Source: a virus
Lineage: Duplodnaviria; Caudoviricetes
Length of the DNA stretch: 64,000 bases
Virus record (IMG/VR): IMGVR_UViG_3300020187_001966
Strand: one strand, 5' to 3'
Shown piece after piece: positions 1 through 8,926 of this stretch (position 1 is its first letter; each line of letters begins with the position of its first letter). The notes beneath the pieces are model-generated. The model searched no databases, was not told the origin of the DNA, and saw nothing but the letters and a program-made list of their open reading frames with translations. The translations under genes and the position numbers were made by a program.

Positions 1-66
1 ACATTTTTAACAGCACAAGAAGCAGTTGACTACGGTCTAGCTGATCGTGTAATTGAACAAAGATAA
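1..66 (+). CDS. clpP: C-terminal end of ClpP protease (partial, runs off window)
   Basis: Frame 1 reads TFLTAQEAVDYGLADRVIEQR*, matching the ClpP C-terminal F(M/L)xAxEAxxYGLxDxV motif; not in ORF track. Confidence 0.8.
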   Translation, partial: TFLTAQEAVDYGLADRVIEQR

Positions 67-74
67 GTAAGTAT

Positions 75-129
75 AGTGGACTTCACAGGATCGCCCCACT
101 CTAAATACTCCGTCCTTGTAATATAGGAG
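75..129 (+). promoter_or_regulatory. Candidate structured 5' leader (H-type pseudoknot / anti-SD) upstream of queD
   Basis: AGTGG(75-79)/CCACT(96-100) stem; loop AGGAT(87-91) complementary to GTCCT(112-116), which is also complementary to SD AGGA(125-128). Confidence 0.45.
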
Positions 130-135
130 AAGAAT

Positions 136-585
136 ATGCCGCATTTAAGCACAAAAACATACGGACACAACATCGGACTATCAGCGGTGTTCCGTCAGCC
201 ACACGCAGATCATTCACACTGTAGATTCTTACATGGATACAGTTTGGGATTTAAGTTTACATTTGGTTGTGATGAACTAGATCATCGTAATTGGGCTGTA
301 GACTTTGGTGGACTAAAGCCACTAAAGAAATGGTTAGAAGATACATTTGATCACAAGACAGTAATTGATCGTGAAGATCCATTCTTGTATAAGTTCGCAG
401 AACTTGAGAACATGGGACTAGCAGAAATTACAGTACTAGATGGGGTTGGAGCAGAGAAGTTTGCTGAACACGCATTTAACTTCGCAAACAAACTTATTAG
501 AGAAGCAACAGATAATCGTTGCTATTGTGTAGAAGCAGAGTGTAGTGAGCATGGAGCAAACAGTGCTATCTATCGACCTGGCTGA
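136..585 (+). CDS. queD: 6-carboxy-5,6,7,8-tetrahydropterin synthase (QueD/PTPS)
   Basis: HCRFLHGYS, VDFGGLK, DHKT and final E motifs of the T-fold PTPS family. Confidence 0.9.
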   Translation: MPHLSTKTYGHNIGLSAVFRQPHADHSHCRFLHGYSLGFKFTFGCDELDHRNWAVDFGGLKPLKKWLEDTFDHKTVIDREDPFLYKFAELENMGLAEITVLDGVGAEKFAEHAFNFANKLIREATDNRCYCVEAECSEHGANSAIYRPG

Positions 586-811
586 GTTAGAATGGTGTGC
601 TAATTGGAAAACAGAACATGGATATTATTGTACTGTAATACTTAGAGACAACAGCCGATATAGTAAACCAAGAGGAGTTCATCTTTTACTTGATGAACTC
701 TTTGGTACTAACTATGGAGGTTTTAGATATAATGATAGTACAAATGGAGTAGAAATTTGGTTCAAGAAGAAACAGGACATGTTGACATTCAAGATGTTGA
801 CAAAACCCTAA
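545..811 (+). CDS. Hypothetical protein (true start uncertain)
   Basis: Fills the gap between queD and sufT on the coding strand. Confidence 0.5.
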   Translation: MSMEQTVLSIDLAELEWCANWKTEHGYYCTVILRDNSRYSKPRGVHLLLDELFGTNYGGFRYNDSTNGVEIWFKKKQDMLTFKMLTKP

Positions 812-1104
812 TACACGATAAAATAGTAGCAAACTTAAAAGAAGTTTATGATCCGGAGATTCCTGTTAATATCTACGATCTAGGATTAATATATAATATT
901 GATATAAATAATCAGCTATGTAAAATTACAATGAGCTTAACAAGTGCGTTTTGCCCTGCGGCAGACGATATTATTGCAGATGTACAAAGCGCCTCAAATT
1001 CAGTAGACGGTGTTGACGATGTTGATGTAAACATTACATTTGATCCACAATGGGGTCCTGAAATGATGAGTGAAGATTGTAAACTAATACTAGGAATATT
1101 TTAA
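757..1104 (+). CDS. sufT: Fe-S assembly protein SufT / DUF59 (MIP18 family)
   Basis: VYDPEIPVNIYDLGLIY, MSLTSAFCP, FDPQW motifs; GGAG SD 7 nt before TTG. Confidence 0.85.
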   Translation: MVQEETGHVDIQDVDKTLIHDKIVANLKEVYDPEIPVNIYDLGLIYNIDINNQLCKITMSLTSAFCPAADDIIADVQSASNSVDGVDDVDVNITFDPQWGPEMMSEDCKLILGIF

Positions 1105-1113
1105 GGAGTAAAA

Positions 1114-1425
1114 ATGTTTGATAAATTAAAAAAACTAATGGGTATAGCATATCCATTATCAGGTGGACCAGAACCAGTAATAACTGATGCATCTGAAGCA
1201 AAACAAAAAATTAAAAATGCTGAAAAAATTACAACTGTTACAGTAAAACCTAAGAAGCCAACAACACAAAAACCTAAAGGCGAAACAAAAGCATCATTAG
1301 GAAAAATGACAAAGAAAGATATTGACGACCTAGCTAAAGAAAAGTTTGGTGTAGAATTAGATCGCCGTTTAACTAAAGATAAAATGATCGTTGAATTTAT
1401 AGCCACACAAAAGAAAGCAAAATAG
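1114..1425 (+). CDS. Hypothetical Lys-rich protein
   Basis: AGGAG SD; C-terminal GVELDRRLTKDKMI small helical motif. Confidence 0.7.
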   Translation: MFDKLKKLMGIAYPLSGGPEPVITDASEAKQKIKNAEKITTVTVKPKKPTTQKPKGETKASLGKMTKKDIDDLAKEKFGVELDRRLTKDKMIVEFIATQKKAK

Positions 1426-1428
1426 TAT

Positions 1429-1764
1429 ATGACGTATATTGTCAATGACGCATGTATTATGTGTAAGTATACAGACTGTGTAGAAGTTTGTCCAGTAGAC
1501 TGTTTTTATGAAGGTGAAAACATGCTTGTAATTAATCCAGAAGAATGTATTGATTGCGGCGTTTGTGAGCCAGAATGCCCAGCAGATGCGATTCAACCTG
1601 ATACAGCACATGGCGCCGCCGCTTGGGTTGAGACTAATCAAAAGTATGCTGACATCTGGCCAGTAATTTTTGAGCAAAAAGATCCATTACCTGATGCTGA
1701 AAAATGGGATGGCGTTGAAGGTAAATGGGAACACTTTAGTGAAAATCCTGGAGAAGGTTCTTAA
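1429..1764 (+). CDS. fdxA: 7Fe ferredoxin, FdxA type
   Basis: [18 protein letters not shown] and [12 protein letters not shown], alphaproteobacterial FdxA-like C-terminus. Confidence 0.92.
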   Translation: MTYIVNDACIMCKYTDCVEVCPVDCFYEGENMLVINPEECIDCGVCEPECPADAIQPDTAHGAAAWVETNQKYADIWPVIFEQKDPLPDAEKWDGVEGKWEHFSENPGEGS

Positions 1765-1777
1765 AATAAATAACATT

Positions 1778-2083
1778 ATGAAATTAACTATATCAGACTC
1801 AGCAAAACAATATCTTAATAAGATGATTGAAAACGAAAACAAACGCTATGTTACACTAGATGTTAAAGGCGGCGGTTGTAGTGGCTTTCGATATGAATGG
1901 AACTTCAGTGATGAAGTATCGGGCAATTTAATTGACGATATTTTAGTTATTGATGTAATGGCTGAGATGTTTTTATTTGGATGTACAGTTGACTATGTAC
2001 AAGAATTAGGCGGCAGTTACCTTACTGTTGTTAACCCTAACGCAACTGCTAGTTGCGGCTGTGGCGAATCGTTCGCAGTTTAA
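1778..2083 (+). CDS. iscA: HesB/IscA A-type Fe-S carrier
   Basis: GGGCSG and [14 protein letters not shown]; start moved to ATG 1778. Confidence 0.9.
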   Translation: MKLTISDSAKQYLNKMIENENKRYVTLDVKGGGCSGFRYEWNFSDEVSGNLIDDILVIDVMAEMFLFGCTVDYVQELGGSYLTVVNPNATASCGCGESFAV

Positions 2084-2097
2084 TAAACGAGGAAAAT

Positions 2098-3042
2098 ATG
2101 AAAATAATTACAGGAAGTAGCAATACTGCTTTTGCTAAAGCGGTTGCTGATCATTGCTTCACTGAGTTAGTTCCAGCAGAACTAAATCGGTTTAGTGATG
2201 GAGAAATATGTGTAGAAGTACATGAGAACATTCGTGGTGCGGATGTTTTTTTAGTGAATAGCACTTGTACACCAGTTAACGATAGTTTAATGGAAATGCT
2301 GATAATGATTGATACTGCCAAGCGTAGTAGTGCTAGTCGTATTACGGCAGTTATCCCTTACTTTGGGTACGCACGCCAAGATCGTAAAAGTGCTTCAAGA
2401 ACACCCATTACTGCCAAACTAGTTGCTGACTTACTAACTACAGCAGGTGCAGATCGTGTACTCACAATGGATTTACACGCAGGACAGATTCAAGGCTTTT
2501 TTGATATTCCAGTGGACGATTTAACAAGCCGTGTAGTGTTTGCTAAAGACATTAAAAAACAATTTTACAAAGACGGCAGTGACATCAATACTGTAGAGAC
2601 AGTATTTGTTTCACCAGACGCAGGCGGTGCTGTAAGAGCTCGTAAGTTTGCTGATATGTTCCATGGCGATATTGCTATTGTAGACAAACGTAGACCTCGA
2701 GCAGGTGTTAGTGAAGTAATGGCACTGATTGGTGATGTTAAAGGTAAACATGCTATCCTAGTAGATGATATTGTTGATAGTGGAGGCACACTATGTAAAG
2801 CCGCAGAAGCTATCTTGGATGCTGGCGCACTAAGTGTTAGAGCATACATTACACATGGTGTACTAAGCAATGGTGCTAGTAAAAAGATTGAAGCTAGTAA
2901 ACTAGAAGAATTAGTTATCAGTGATAGTATTCCTTATGATGGCAAAAGTACAAAAGTTAGACAAGTAAGTTTAGCACCATTATTTGGCGAAGCAATGCGC
3001 CGTATTACAAATGAAGAAAGTGTGAGTAGTTTATTCCAATGA
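2098..3042 (+). CDS. prs: Ribose-phosphate pyrophosphokinase
   Basis: [44 protein letters not shown]; SD before ATG 2098. Confidence 0.97.
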   Translation: MKIITGSSNTAFAKAVADHCFTELVPAELNRFSDGEICVEVHENIRGADVFLVNSTCTPVNDSLMEMLIMIDTAKRSSASRITAVIPYFGYARQDRKSASRTPITAKLVADLLTTAGADRVLTMDLHAGQIQGFFDIPVDDLTSRVVFAKDIKKQFYKDGSDINTVETVFVSPDAGGAVRARKFADMFHGDIAIVDKRRPRAGVSEVMALIGDVKGKHAILVDDIVDSGGTLCKAAEAILDAGALSVRAYITHGVLSNGASKKIEASKLEELVISDSIPYDGKSTKVRQVSLAPLFGEAMRRITNEESVSSLFQ

Positions 3043-3377
3043 AATATGTAATTGATATCGACGGCACCATCTGTAAAGAAGTGATTATACCTGGCACTGG
3101 TGGAAAGAAAGACTACGCTAAACATATTCCTATGCTGGATCGTATTGCAAAAGTAAACGCATTGTATGATGCAGGACATACTATTAAATATATGACAGCA
3201 CGAGGTTGTGTGAGCAAAATTGATTATTATGATTTAACTAAAGATCAATTAATAAACTGGGGTGCAAAGCACCATGAACTAAGTGTTGGCGAAAAAGAAA
3301 ACTATGATATTTGGATTGACGACAAAGCGTTTTGGAGTGAAAACTTCTTTCGTAGTACAGGCGAATCTTATGAGTGA
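3039..3377 (+). CDS. HAD-superfamily phosphatase (capsule-biosynthesis phosphatase-like)
   Basis: DIDGTI motif I, TARG motif II, IDDKA motif IV. Confidence 0.75.
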   Translation: MKYVIDIDGTICKEVIIPGTGGKKDYAKHIPMLDRIAKVNALYDAGHTIKYMTARGCVSKIDYYDLTKDQLINWGAKHHELSVGEKENYDIWIDDKAFWSENFFRSTGESYE

Positions 3378-3705
3378 TTACACATGCGACAACTGGGTAG
3401 TTATTAAGATGAAAGGCGATGATCCTCACTATCGTCTTCTTGTTGGAACATCCGGTGGTTACTTAGATGGCGACAGTTGGCGTATGAACAGTGGCATTAC
3501 AAAGGTAGAAGAGGACGAAGCATTCTATTACTTCTCTGGTTCTAGTGGGTCTCGATATCGTTGTTGTAACTTTACATCAGCGGCGTACACACTGAGAATG
3601 AACAATGCTGGTATTTGGGATCAGCTTCAGCAAATTCACGGCGACAAAGTTGAGATGATGCCAGAAGATACAGACTGGATGAATATGGATTGGATTATTA
3701 AATGA
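3370..3705 (+). CDS. Conserved phage hypothetical protein
   Basis: GGYLDGDSWRMNSGI segment; overlaps neighbours by ATGA-type coupling. Confidence 0.7.
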   Translation: MSDYTCDNWVVIKMKGDDPHYRLLVGTSGGYLDGDSWRMNSGITKVEEDEAFYYFSGSSGSRYRCCNFTSAAYTLRMNNAGIWDQLQQIHGDKVEMMPEDTDWMNMDWIIK

Positions 3706-3950
3706 GCTATAAGATCGAAGCCGCCTCTAAAGAAGAATGGGCTGAAAGAGCCTTATCTGGTGAGAAGAAGTTGACTGGCTTGAAAGATAGTGTTAGAGAG
3801 TTGTTTAGTCTTCTTGACGCTACTGAGGAAACTGACGAAGGTAGAGTACACCGACCAGTTCAAATAGTTTGTGTACGTACTGATATGTTGATCAAACTTG
3901 AAAACGTCTTGGCTACATTAAAAAGCACAATGGAAGAGGATATGAAATGA
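3702..3950 (+). CDS. Hypothetical protein
   Basis: Coupled ATGA overlaps on both sides. Confidence 0.65.
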   Translation: MSYKIEAASKEEWAERALSGEKKLTGLKDSVRELFSLLDATEETDEGRVHRPVQIVCVRTDMLIKLENVLATLKSTMEEDMK

Positions 3951-4135
3951 GTAAAGTATTAATGTGTGATCCGCCCAGCGGTTGGAAGTATGGATTTCCC
4001 AAACCAATGCCAAGCACCTTGGGAGAAGACGAAAGTATCTTTCCGTGGTTGTTGAGCGAAGGTTACCCACAGGCAGAGATTGATGCTTGTGGCAAACATT
4101 TCTATTGTAGGTATTGGGAGGCAGACGATGAGTAA
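3947..4135 (+). CDS. Hypothetical protein
   Basis: SD GAGG; DPPSGWKYGFPK; coupled overlap. Confidence 0.65.
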   Translation: MSKVLMCDPPSGWKYGFPKPMPSTLGEDESIFPWLLSEGYPQAEIDACGKHFYCRYWEADDE

Positions 4136-4631
4136 AGTACAGAAGTTTCGTAGTAAAATTGATAACTTCTTTGGCTGGGTAAAAGTTACTGAGCTAGTGG
4201 AACTTGACGAGATTGACGTTAGCGAAGATCCAGTACGTCCAGAGCTTGATGTAGAATGGCGCACAAGTTATGGACGTAAAATATACGGATTAAAATACCA
4301 AGACGAGATTGAAGGTATTATATGTATTGCGTATACTAATGATGTTCCTTCAAGTGTTAAAGAGCTAGACTTAATGAGTCAAAACGCACACTTTAAAAAA
4401 GATGCTGACACAGCAATTGCTTATACAGTATGGAGTCGCAAACGTGGCGCTGGTAAAGAGATCATAGGCAAAGTTGGCGACATGATGAAGCAATCAACTA
4501 ATGTACAAAATTTAGTAACACTAAGTCCACTAACACCTATGGCTACACATTTTCATATACGTAATGGAGCAAAACAAATTGCTATCAACACTACTACACA
4601 AAACTTCAAGTACGACTTAACACAAGGATAG
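4128..4631 (+). CDS. Hypothetical protein, possible GNAT-like fold
   Basis: YTVWSRKRGAGKEII ... TLSPLTPMATHFHIRNGA; start ATG 4128. Confidence 0.6.
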   Translation: MSKVQKFRSKIDNFFGWVKVTELVELDEIDVSEDPVRPELDVEWRTSYGRKIYGLKYQDEIEGIICIAYTNDVPSSVKELDLMSQNAHFKKDADTAIAYTVWSRKRGAGKEIIGKVGDMMKQSTNVQNLVTLSPLTPMATHFHIRNGAKQIAINTTTQNFKYDLTQG

Positions 4632-4635
4632 AATT

Positions 4636-5442
4636 ATGGATCATAGATTTATAGCGGCAATGGATCACAGTGGTGGTTCAACAGGTGGTGTACTAGAACG
4701 TTATGGACGTGAGTACACAGAAGATAACAAAATGGAACGTGTACACGAAATGCGTATGCGTATGGTTAACTCACCTGACTTCAACGATAAAAACATTTGG
4801 GCGGCAATACTATACCAAGACACAGTTACTCGTGGCATGGTAAATGTCCTGGATGAAAAAGGTATTGACACGTTCCTAAAGATTGACAGTGGCTGTGAAG
4901 AAAGTGGTATGCTTAAACAGTTTCCAGTAAAACAAATGTTAGAGTGGGCTACAAACGGTATTGGTCCTAAGATTTATGGTACAAAGATGCGTAGCATTGT
5001 TAAAGGGGGAAGTATGGTACATCCTGTACTCAAACAACAGTTTACACTTGCTCGTACTATTTGGGAGCATGGGCTTGTACCAATCATTGAGCCCGAAGTA
5101 CCTATCGACAATCCTGTTAAAGCTAAAGTTGAATCAGCTCTTATGTATCACTTACAAGAGTTTCTGGATGAGTTTCCAGGTAAATGTATTCTTAAACTAA
5201 CACCACCAGAAGTACCCAACTTGTATCACAACCTTACAGTATTTCCTAATGTAGAACGTGTTGTGTTCCTAAGTGGCGGATATGCTACACAAGAAGCATG
5301 TCGTAGGTTAGGCGCTAACGCAGACGTTACTGCTAGTTTTTCGAGAGCATTGAGTGAAGGTTTAAACTATCACTTGACAGACGCTGAGTTTAATGCTAAG
5401 ATTAAGCAGAACATTAAAATGATAACAGAGGCAAATAAATGA
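4636..5442 (+). CDS. Class I fructose-bisphosphate aldolase (short bacterial type)
   Basis: FIAAMDHSGGST, FLKIDSG, GTKMRS, PIIEPEV, VVFLSGGY, ASFSRAL. Confidence 0.88.
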   Translation: MDHRFIAAMDHSGGSTGGVLERYGREYTEDNKMERVHEMRMRMVNSPDFNDKNIWAAILYQDTVTRGMVNVLDEKGIDTFLKIDSGCEESGMLKQFPVKQMLEWATNGIGPKIYGTKMRSIVKGGSMVHPVLKQQFTLARTIWEHGLVPIIEPEVPIDNPVKAKVESALMYHLQEFLDEFPGKCILKLTPPEVPNLYHNLTVFPNVERVVFLSGGYATQEACRRLGANADVTASFSRALSEGLNYHLTDAEFNAKIKQNIKMITEANK

Positions 5443-5795
5443 CAAATCCATTCAAAGACATCGAAACATTTGGTACAGCATGTGACCAACCACCAAGTGA
5501 AGCAAACTACAAAATGTATCTCGATCTAATCCGTGAGGAAACAGACGAGCTAGAAGAAGCTATCCAAGACAACGACAAAGTCGAACAACTTGACGCACTT
5601 ATTGACATCTTAGTTGTTACTATGGGCGCAGTACGTGCCGCAGGTTGGGACGGAGAAGCAGCCTGGAAAGAAGTAATGGATACAAACTTTGCTAAGATTG
5701 ATCCAACTACAAACAAAGTGATCAAACGTGCTGATGGGAAGGTGTTAAAACCGTCAAATTGGTCTCCGCCTAACTTAGCACAATTTATCAAATAA
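5439..5795 (+). CDS. MazG-like / PRA-PH NTP pyrophosphohydrolase
   Basis: [33 protein letters not shown]. Confidence 0.85.
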   Translation: MTNPFKDIETFGTACDQPPSEANYKMYLDLIREETDELEEAIQDNDKVEQLDALIDILVVTMGAVRAAGWDGEAAWKEVMDTNFAKIDPTTNKVIKRADGKVLKPSNWSPPNLAQFIK

Positions 5796-6426
5796 TAGTA
5801 TATCTATTTTTATATAATTTGTTAGTATTATATCTAACAGCCCAAAATAGCCCTTTGCGATTTATTCCCAAGGGGCTTATTTTTTCTTCAAAGTTGTATA
5901 TATTAAATTTAATAGTGCTATTAGTATGCGTATCTAATAGCGTATATTCTTTAACATCTAACTGTCTTTCTTTGTTTCTACGCTTTACACCTTCTGATAT
6001 TTTTTTAGAAACTTCTTTAGAAGTAGTATTACCGTAATTCCAGTGATTCTCGCCTACTCTGTTTTCTAGTTGCTCTTGACTAAATTTGTATCCTTTTAGT
6101 CTGCCTTTGTTGGCGATAGAAATTTTATTCTTCGCTTCCTCTGGCATTATCCATCCTGCATTGCCATCGCCGCCATCTGTTTTATTGCGCAATATGCCAG
6201 TGCCGTTATCTATGCGTCCGTGCCATTTTATTAGACGTCTTTCTAACGCTAACGCACCTACATCTGTTAGATTAGATTCTAAAATGATAATGTTAGAAAA
6301 GTCTTTTTTTGGAAAGACAGTTCTATCTGTTTTAGCCCACGCCCTTTTGCCGCAGCCTTTGCCTATATAATACGGTGTGCCGTCATCACGAATATACGCA
6401 TAGACATAAAATTTAGTTAAATACAT
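5788..6426 (-). mobile_element. Free-standing GIY-YIG homing endonuclease with NUMOD3-like DNA-binding tail
   Basis: YVYAYIR...[22 protein letters not shown]; opposite strand to neighbours. Confidence 0.88.
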
Positions 6427-6429
6427 TTG

Positions 6430-6497
6430 CTGATACTCCTTGTTAGTATTAGAGTAGTTGGAGTTGCCGCTCGCGAACTACACTTATATTTATACAA
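6430..6497 (-). promoter_or_regulatory. Late promoter TATAAATA plus two-hairpin leader of the endonuclease
   Basis: Minus strand: TATAAATA, GTAGTT..AACTAC stem, then ATACT-AACAAGG-AGTAT stem covering SD AAGGAG. Confidence 0.6.
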
Positions 6498-6518
6498 AAG
6501 ATAAAAAAGAACAGGTTA

Positions 6519-6575
6519 GAAGTGCTAAAGCCAGAAGGTTGGCAAGCACCACAACTAGCACAGTTTATCAAATAA
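6519..6575 (+). pseudogene. Displaced duplicate 3' end of the MazG-like gene
   Basis: Reads EVLKPEGWQAPQLAQFIK* versus [18 protein letters not shown] at 5739-5795. Confidence 0.8.
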
Positions 6576-6588
6576 AAAAGGAAATATA

Positions 6589-6750
6589 ATGTTTTTTGCA
6601 TCAGTAGCTACAGGCGCATTTATAGGTGGCCTTATTGGAACTAAAGTAGTTGATACAACTAAAACTGAAGGTGAACTAGGTGTATTAGCTTGGGGATTAG
6701 TTGGTGTTATTGCGGGTTCTGTTATTGCATCTCTATTAGGTATTGTATAG
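6589..6750 (+). CDS. Small two-helix membrane protein (53 aa, not in track)
   Basis: AAGGA SD; MFFASVATGAFIGGLIG...AWGLVGVIAGSVIASLLGIV*. Confidence 0.65.
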   Translation: MFFASVATGAFIGGLIGTKVVDTTKTEGELGVLAWGLVGVIAGSVIASLLGIV

Positions 6751-6837
6751 GTTTGTTGAGTAATAAATAATTTTTGTAATACAACAGTATTATATTTGTG
6801 AGCGACGGGGTAAAGCCGTCAAGCAAAGGAGATTATT

Positions 6838-7797
6838 ATGGACGCACTCACTTTATGGAGCCTTGTTGGCTTCTTATTCGCAGCTTATGCTGTGATAGCA
6901 AACGATTCAGTACAGACTCTCGGTACATGGATGGCATCAAACAATGAGAGATTTAGTTATAAAGTATTATGGGGAGCCGCAAGCGCAGTATTACTTGCTA
7001 CACTCTGGTATGGCTGGCATGTAAATGGTGGAGACATCAGTTACGGCAGACTAAACAAGATCCCATGGCAAGAAGTACAATGGTATCATGCTGCGGCACC
7101 GGGCATACTTGTATTACTAACACGCAAAGGTGTACCTGTATCAACTAGCTTCCTAGTACTAAGTGCTTTCGCAAGTACATTTGTATTAGAGAAGATGCTT
7201 ATGAAAAGTATAATGGGTTATGGTATTGCGGCAATGTTCGCATACTTTGCTTGGTACTTTATTAGCAGATGGATGGACGAAACAGCACCAGTTGCTGAAA
7301 AGAATAAAAATTACTGGCGCATAGCACAGTGGGTAGCAACAGGCGGATTATGGTGGACTTGGTTGTCACATGACATGGCCAACATTGCTGTATTCCTTCC
7401 ACGTGAAGTACCAGTAGACCTTATGGTATTAATCAGCTTTGTATTTGTTGGCGGCTTGTTCTTTATGTTTAGAGAACGTGGCGGTAAGATACAAGAGATT
7501 GTATTAGAAAAACACAACACCAGATACGTAAGGTCAGCAACGCTGATTGATCTATTCTATTGGTTGTGCTTGTACTTCTTCAAAGAGCTGAACGATATAC
7601 CAATGTCAACTACTTGGGTGTTTGTTGGTATGTTAGCAGGACGTGAACTTGCTATTGCCAGCTTCACAGGTAAGCGTAAGTTCAAGAGTGTATTTCCGCT
7701 AGTAGCAAGAGACTTTCAGAAGATGATGATTGGTCTAGGTGCCTCAGTGGCTATTGTTCTAACAATACATTATGTGTTAGTACCAAACGGACTATAA
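6838..7797 (+). CDS. Putative PiT/PHO4-like phosphate (or anion) permease
   Basis: About 9-10 hydrophobic helices; ANDSVQTLG and HDMANIAVFL echo the two PHO4 signature repeats; PVSTS motifs. Confidence 0.65.
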   Translation: MDALTLWSLVGFLFAAYAVIANDSVQTLGTWMASNNERFSYKVLWGAASAVLLATLWYGWHVNGGDISYGRLNKIPWQEVQWYHAAAPGILVLLTRKGVPVSTSFLVLSAFASTFVLEKMLMKSIMGYGIAAMFAYFAWYFISRWMDETAPVAEKNKNYWRIAQWVATGGLWWTWLSHDMANIAVFLPREVPVDLMVLISFVFVGGLFFMFRERGGKIQEIVLEKHNTRYVRSATLIDLFYWLCLYFFKELNDIPMSTTWVFVGMLAGRELAIASFTGKRKFKSVFPLVARDFQKMMIGLGASVAIVLTIHYVLVPNGL

Positions 7798-7810
7798 AAT
7801 AAAACAAGAT

Positions 7811-7848
7811 AATGTCCCTATCGCTAAATAGTAGCAGATAGGGGCATT
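7811..7848 (+). promoter_or_regulatory. Late promoter TAAATA inside a 12-bp stem that covers the RBS
   Basis: AATGTCCCTATC / GATAGGGGCATT with TAAATA at 7825-7830 in the loop. Confidence 0.6.
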
Positions 7849-7854
7849 TATATA

Positions 7855-8865
7855 ATGGGCACAAAACAAATAATTTCAAAGAATATTTCGGCTGATAGTA
7901 CACAGTACATTGGTAAAGATGGTGAACTGTGGGTAGACACAGTCACAAACAAGATGAAGATAAGTGACGGAACAACACCAGGCGGTGTTGATTTAGCAGG
8001 TGGTGGCGGTGGTGGCGGTGCTACAACTTGGGCAGCTATTACTGACATTAATAATGCTAACGGACCAGGAAAAGTTGCCATTGGACGAAACGCCGGCAGT
8101 GTAAACCAAGGTACCGAAACTGTAGCAATTGGTGACGATGCAGGTAAAACCAATCAAGGTAACAACTCGTATGCATTGGGTAACAACGCAGGCGCAACCG
8201 ACCAAGGCGCAAGTTCTGTAGCAATTGGCGATGTAGCAGCTTCGAATACTCAAGGCACCTTATCGGTGGCAATTGGTGCGAATGCAGGTACAACAACTCA
8301 AGGCCAACAAGCAATAGCAATTGGGGGTGGAGCAGGTTTTACAAATCAAAGTACAAAAGCAGTAGCAGTTGGCTTTGCCGCAGGTGTTACAAATCAAGGC
8401 GAAGACTCAGTAGCAATTGGTTTCGAAGCAGGTGAAATAACTCAAGGCACAAAAGCAGTAGGAATTGGATATCGAGCTGGTGAAACCACACAAGGAAACA
8501 GTACAGTAGCAATTGGTGATAGTGCAGGTGAAACAACACAATCACAGCATGGAGTGGCAATTGGCGCACTAGCAGGCCAAACTACACAAGGAGAAAGTTC
8601 AGTAGCAATTGGTAAAAATGCAGGTAAAGTAAACCAAGGATCAAGTGCGATAGCAATAGGTAATCTCGCAGGCGTGAACAACCAGCACAACAACTCAATT
8701 GTAATTGCAGCCTCAGGCTCAGAGTTAGAAACAGCCCAAACAGGTCAGTTTATGGTTAAACCAGTTAGAAACTATAGTAATGCAGCCGCATTGCCATCAG
8801 GATTTAAGCAAGTTGCTTACAATCCAACAACAGGCGAATTTGTCTATTATGGTTCTGCAGGATAA
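7855..8865 (+). CDS. Fibre/adhesin with YadA-head-like 14-aa repeats
   Basis: About 16 repeats of AGxTxQGxxAVAIG; N-terminal GELWVDT fibre anchor. Confidence 0.75.
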   Translation: MGTKQIISKNISADSTQYIGKDGELWVDTVTNKMKISDGTTPGGVDLAGGGGGGGATTWAAITDINNANGPGKVAIGRNAGSVNQGTETVAIGDDAGKTNQGNNSYALGNNAGATDQGASSVAIGDVAASNTQGTLSVAIGANAGTTTQGQQAIAIGGGAGFTNQSTKAVAVGFAAGVTNQGEDSVAIGFEAGEITQGTKAVGIGYRAGETTQGNSTVAIGDSAGETTQSQHGVAIGALAGQTTQGESSVAIGKNAGKVNQGSSAIAIGNLAGVNNQHNNSIVIAASGSELETAQTGQFMVKPVRNYSNAAALPSGFKQVAYNPTTGEFVYYGSAG

Positions 8866-8891
8866 TAATTAACAACATAAACTAAATTAAG

Positions 8892-8923
8892 ATAGGGCGG
8901 ATTTAATCCCGCCCTATTTTTTT
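8892..8923. terminator. Intrinsic terminator between convergent genes
   Basis: ATAGGGCGG-atttaatc-CCGCCCTAT followed by a T run. Confidence 0.8.
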
Positions 8924-8926
8924 GAC

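Noticed and set aside
6770-6800. Pho box upstream of the permease
   Set aside because: Only a very loose 11-bp periodicity; does not match CTGTCAT repeats
7855-8865. Eukaryotic giant-virus origin suggested by YadA-like repeats, PolB, RFC and lipase
   Set aside because: SD sites, sigma70 and T4-type late promoters, coupled operons, endolysin and spanin-like genes all indicate a bacteriophage
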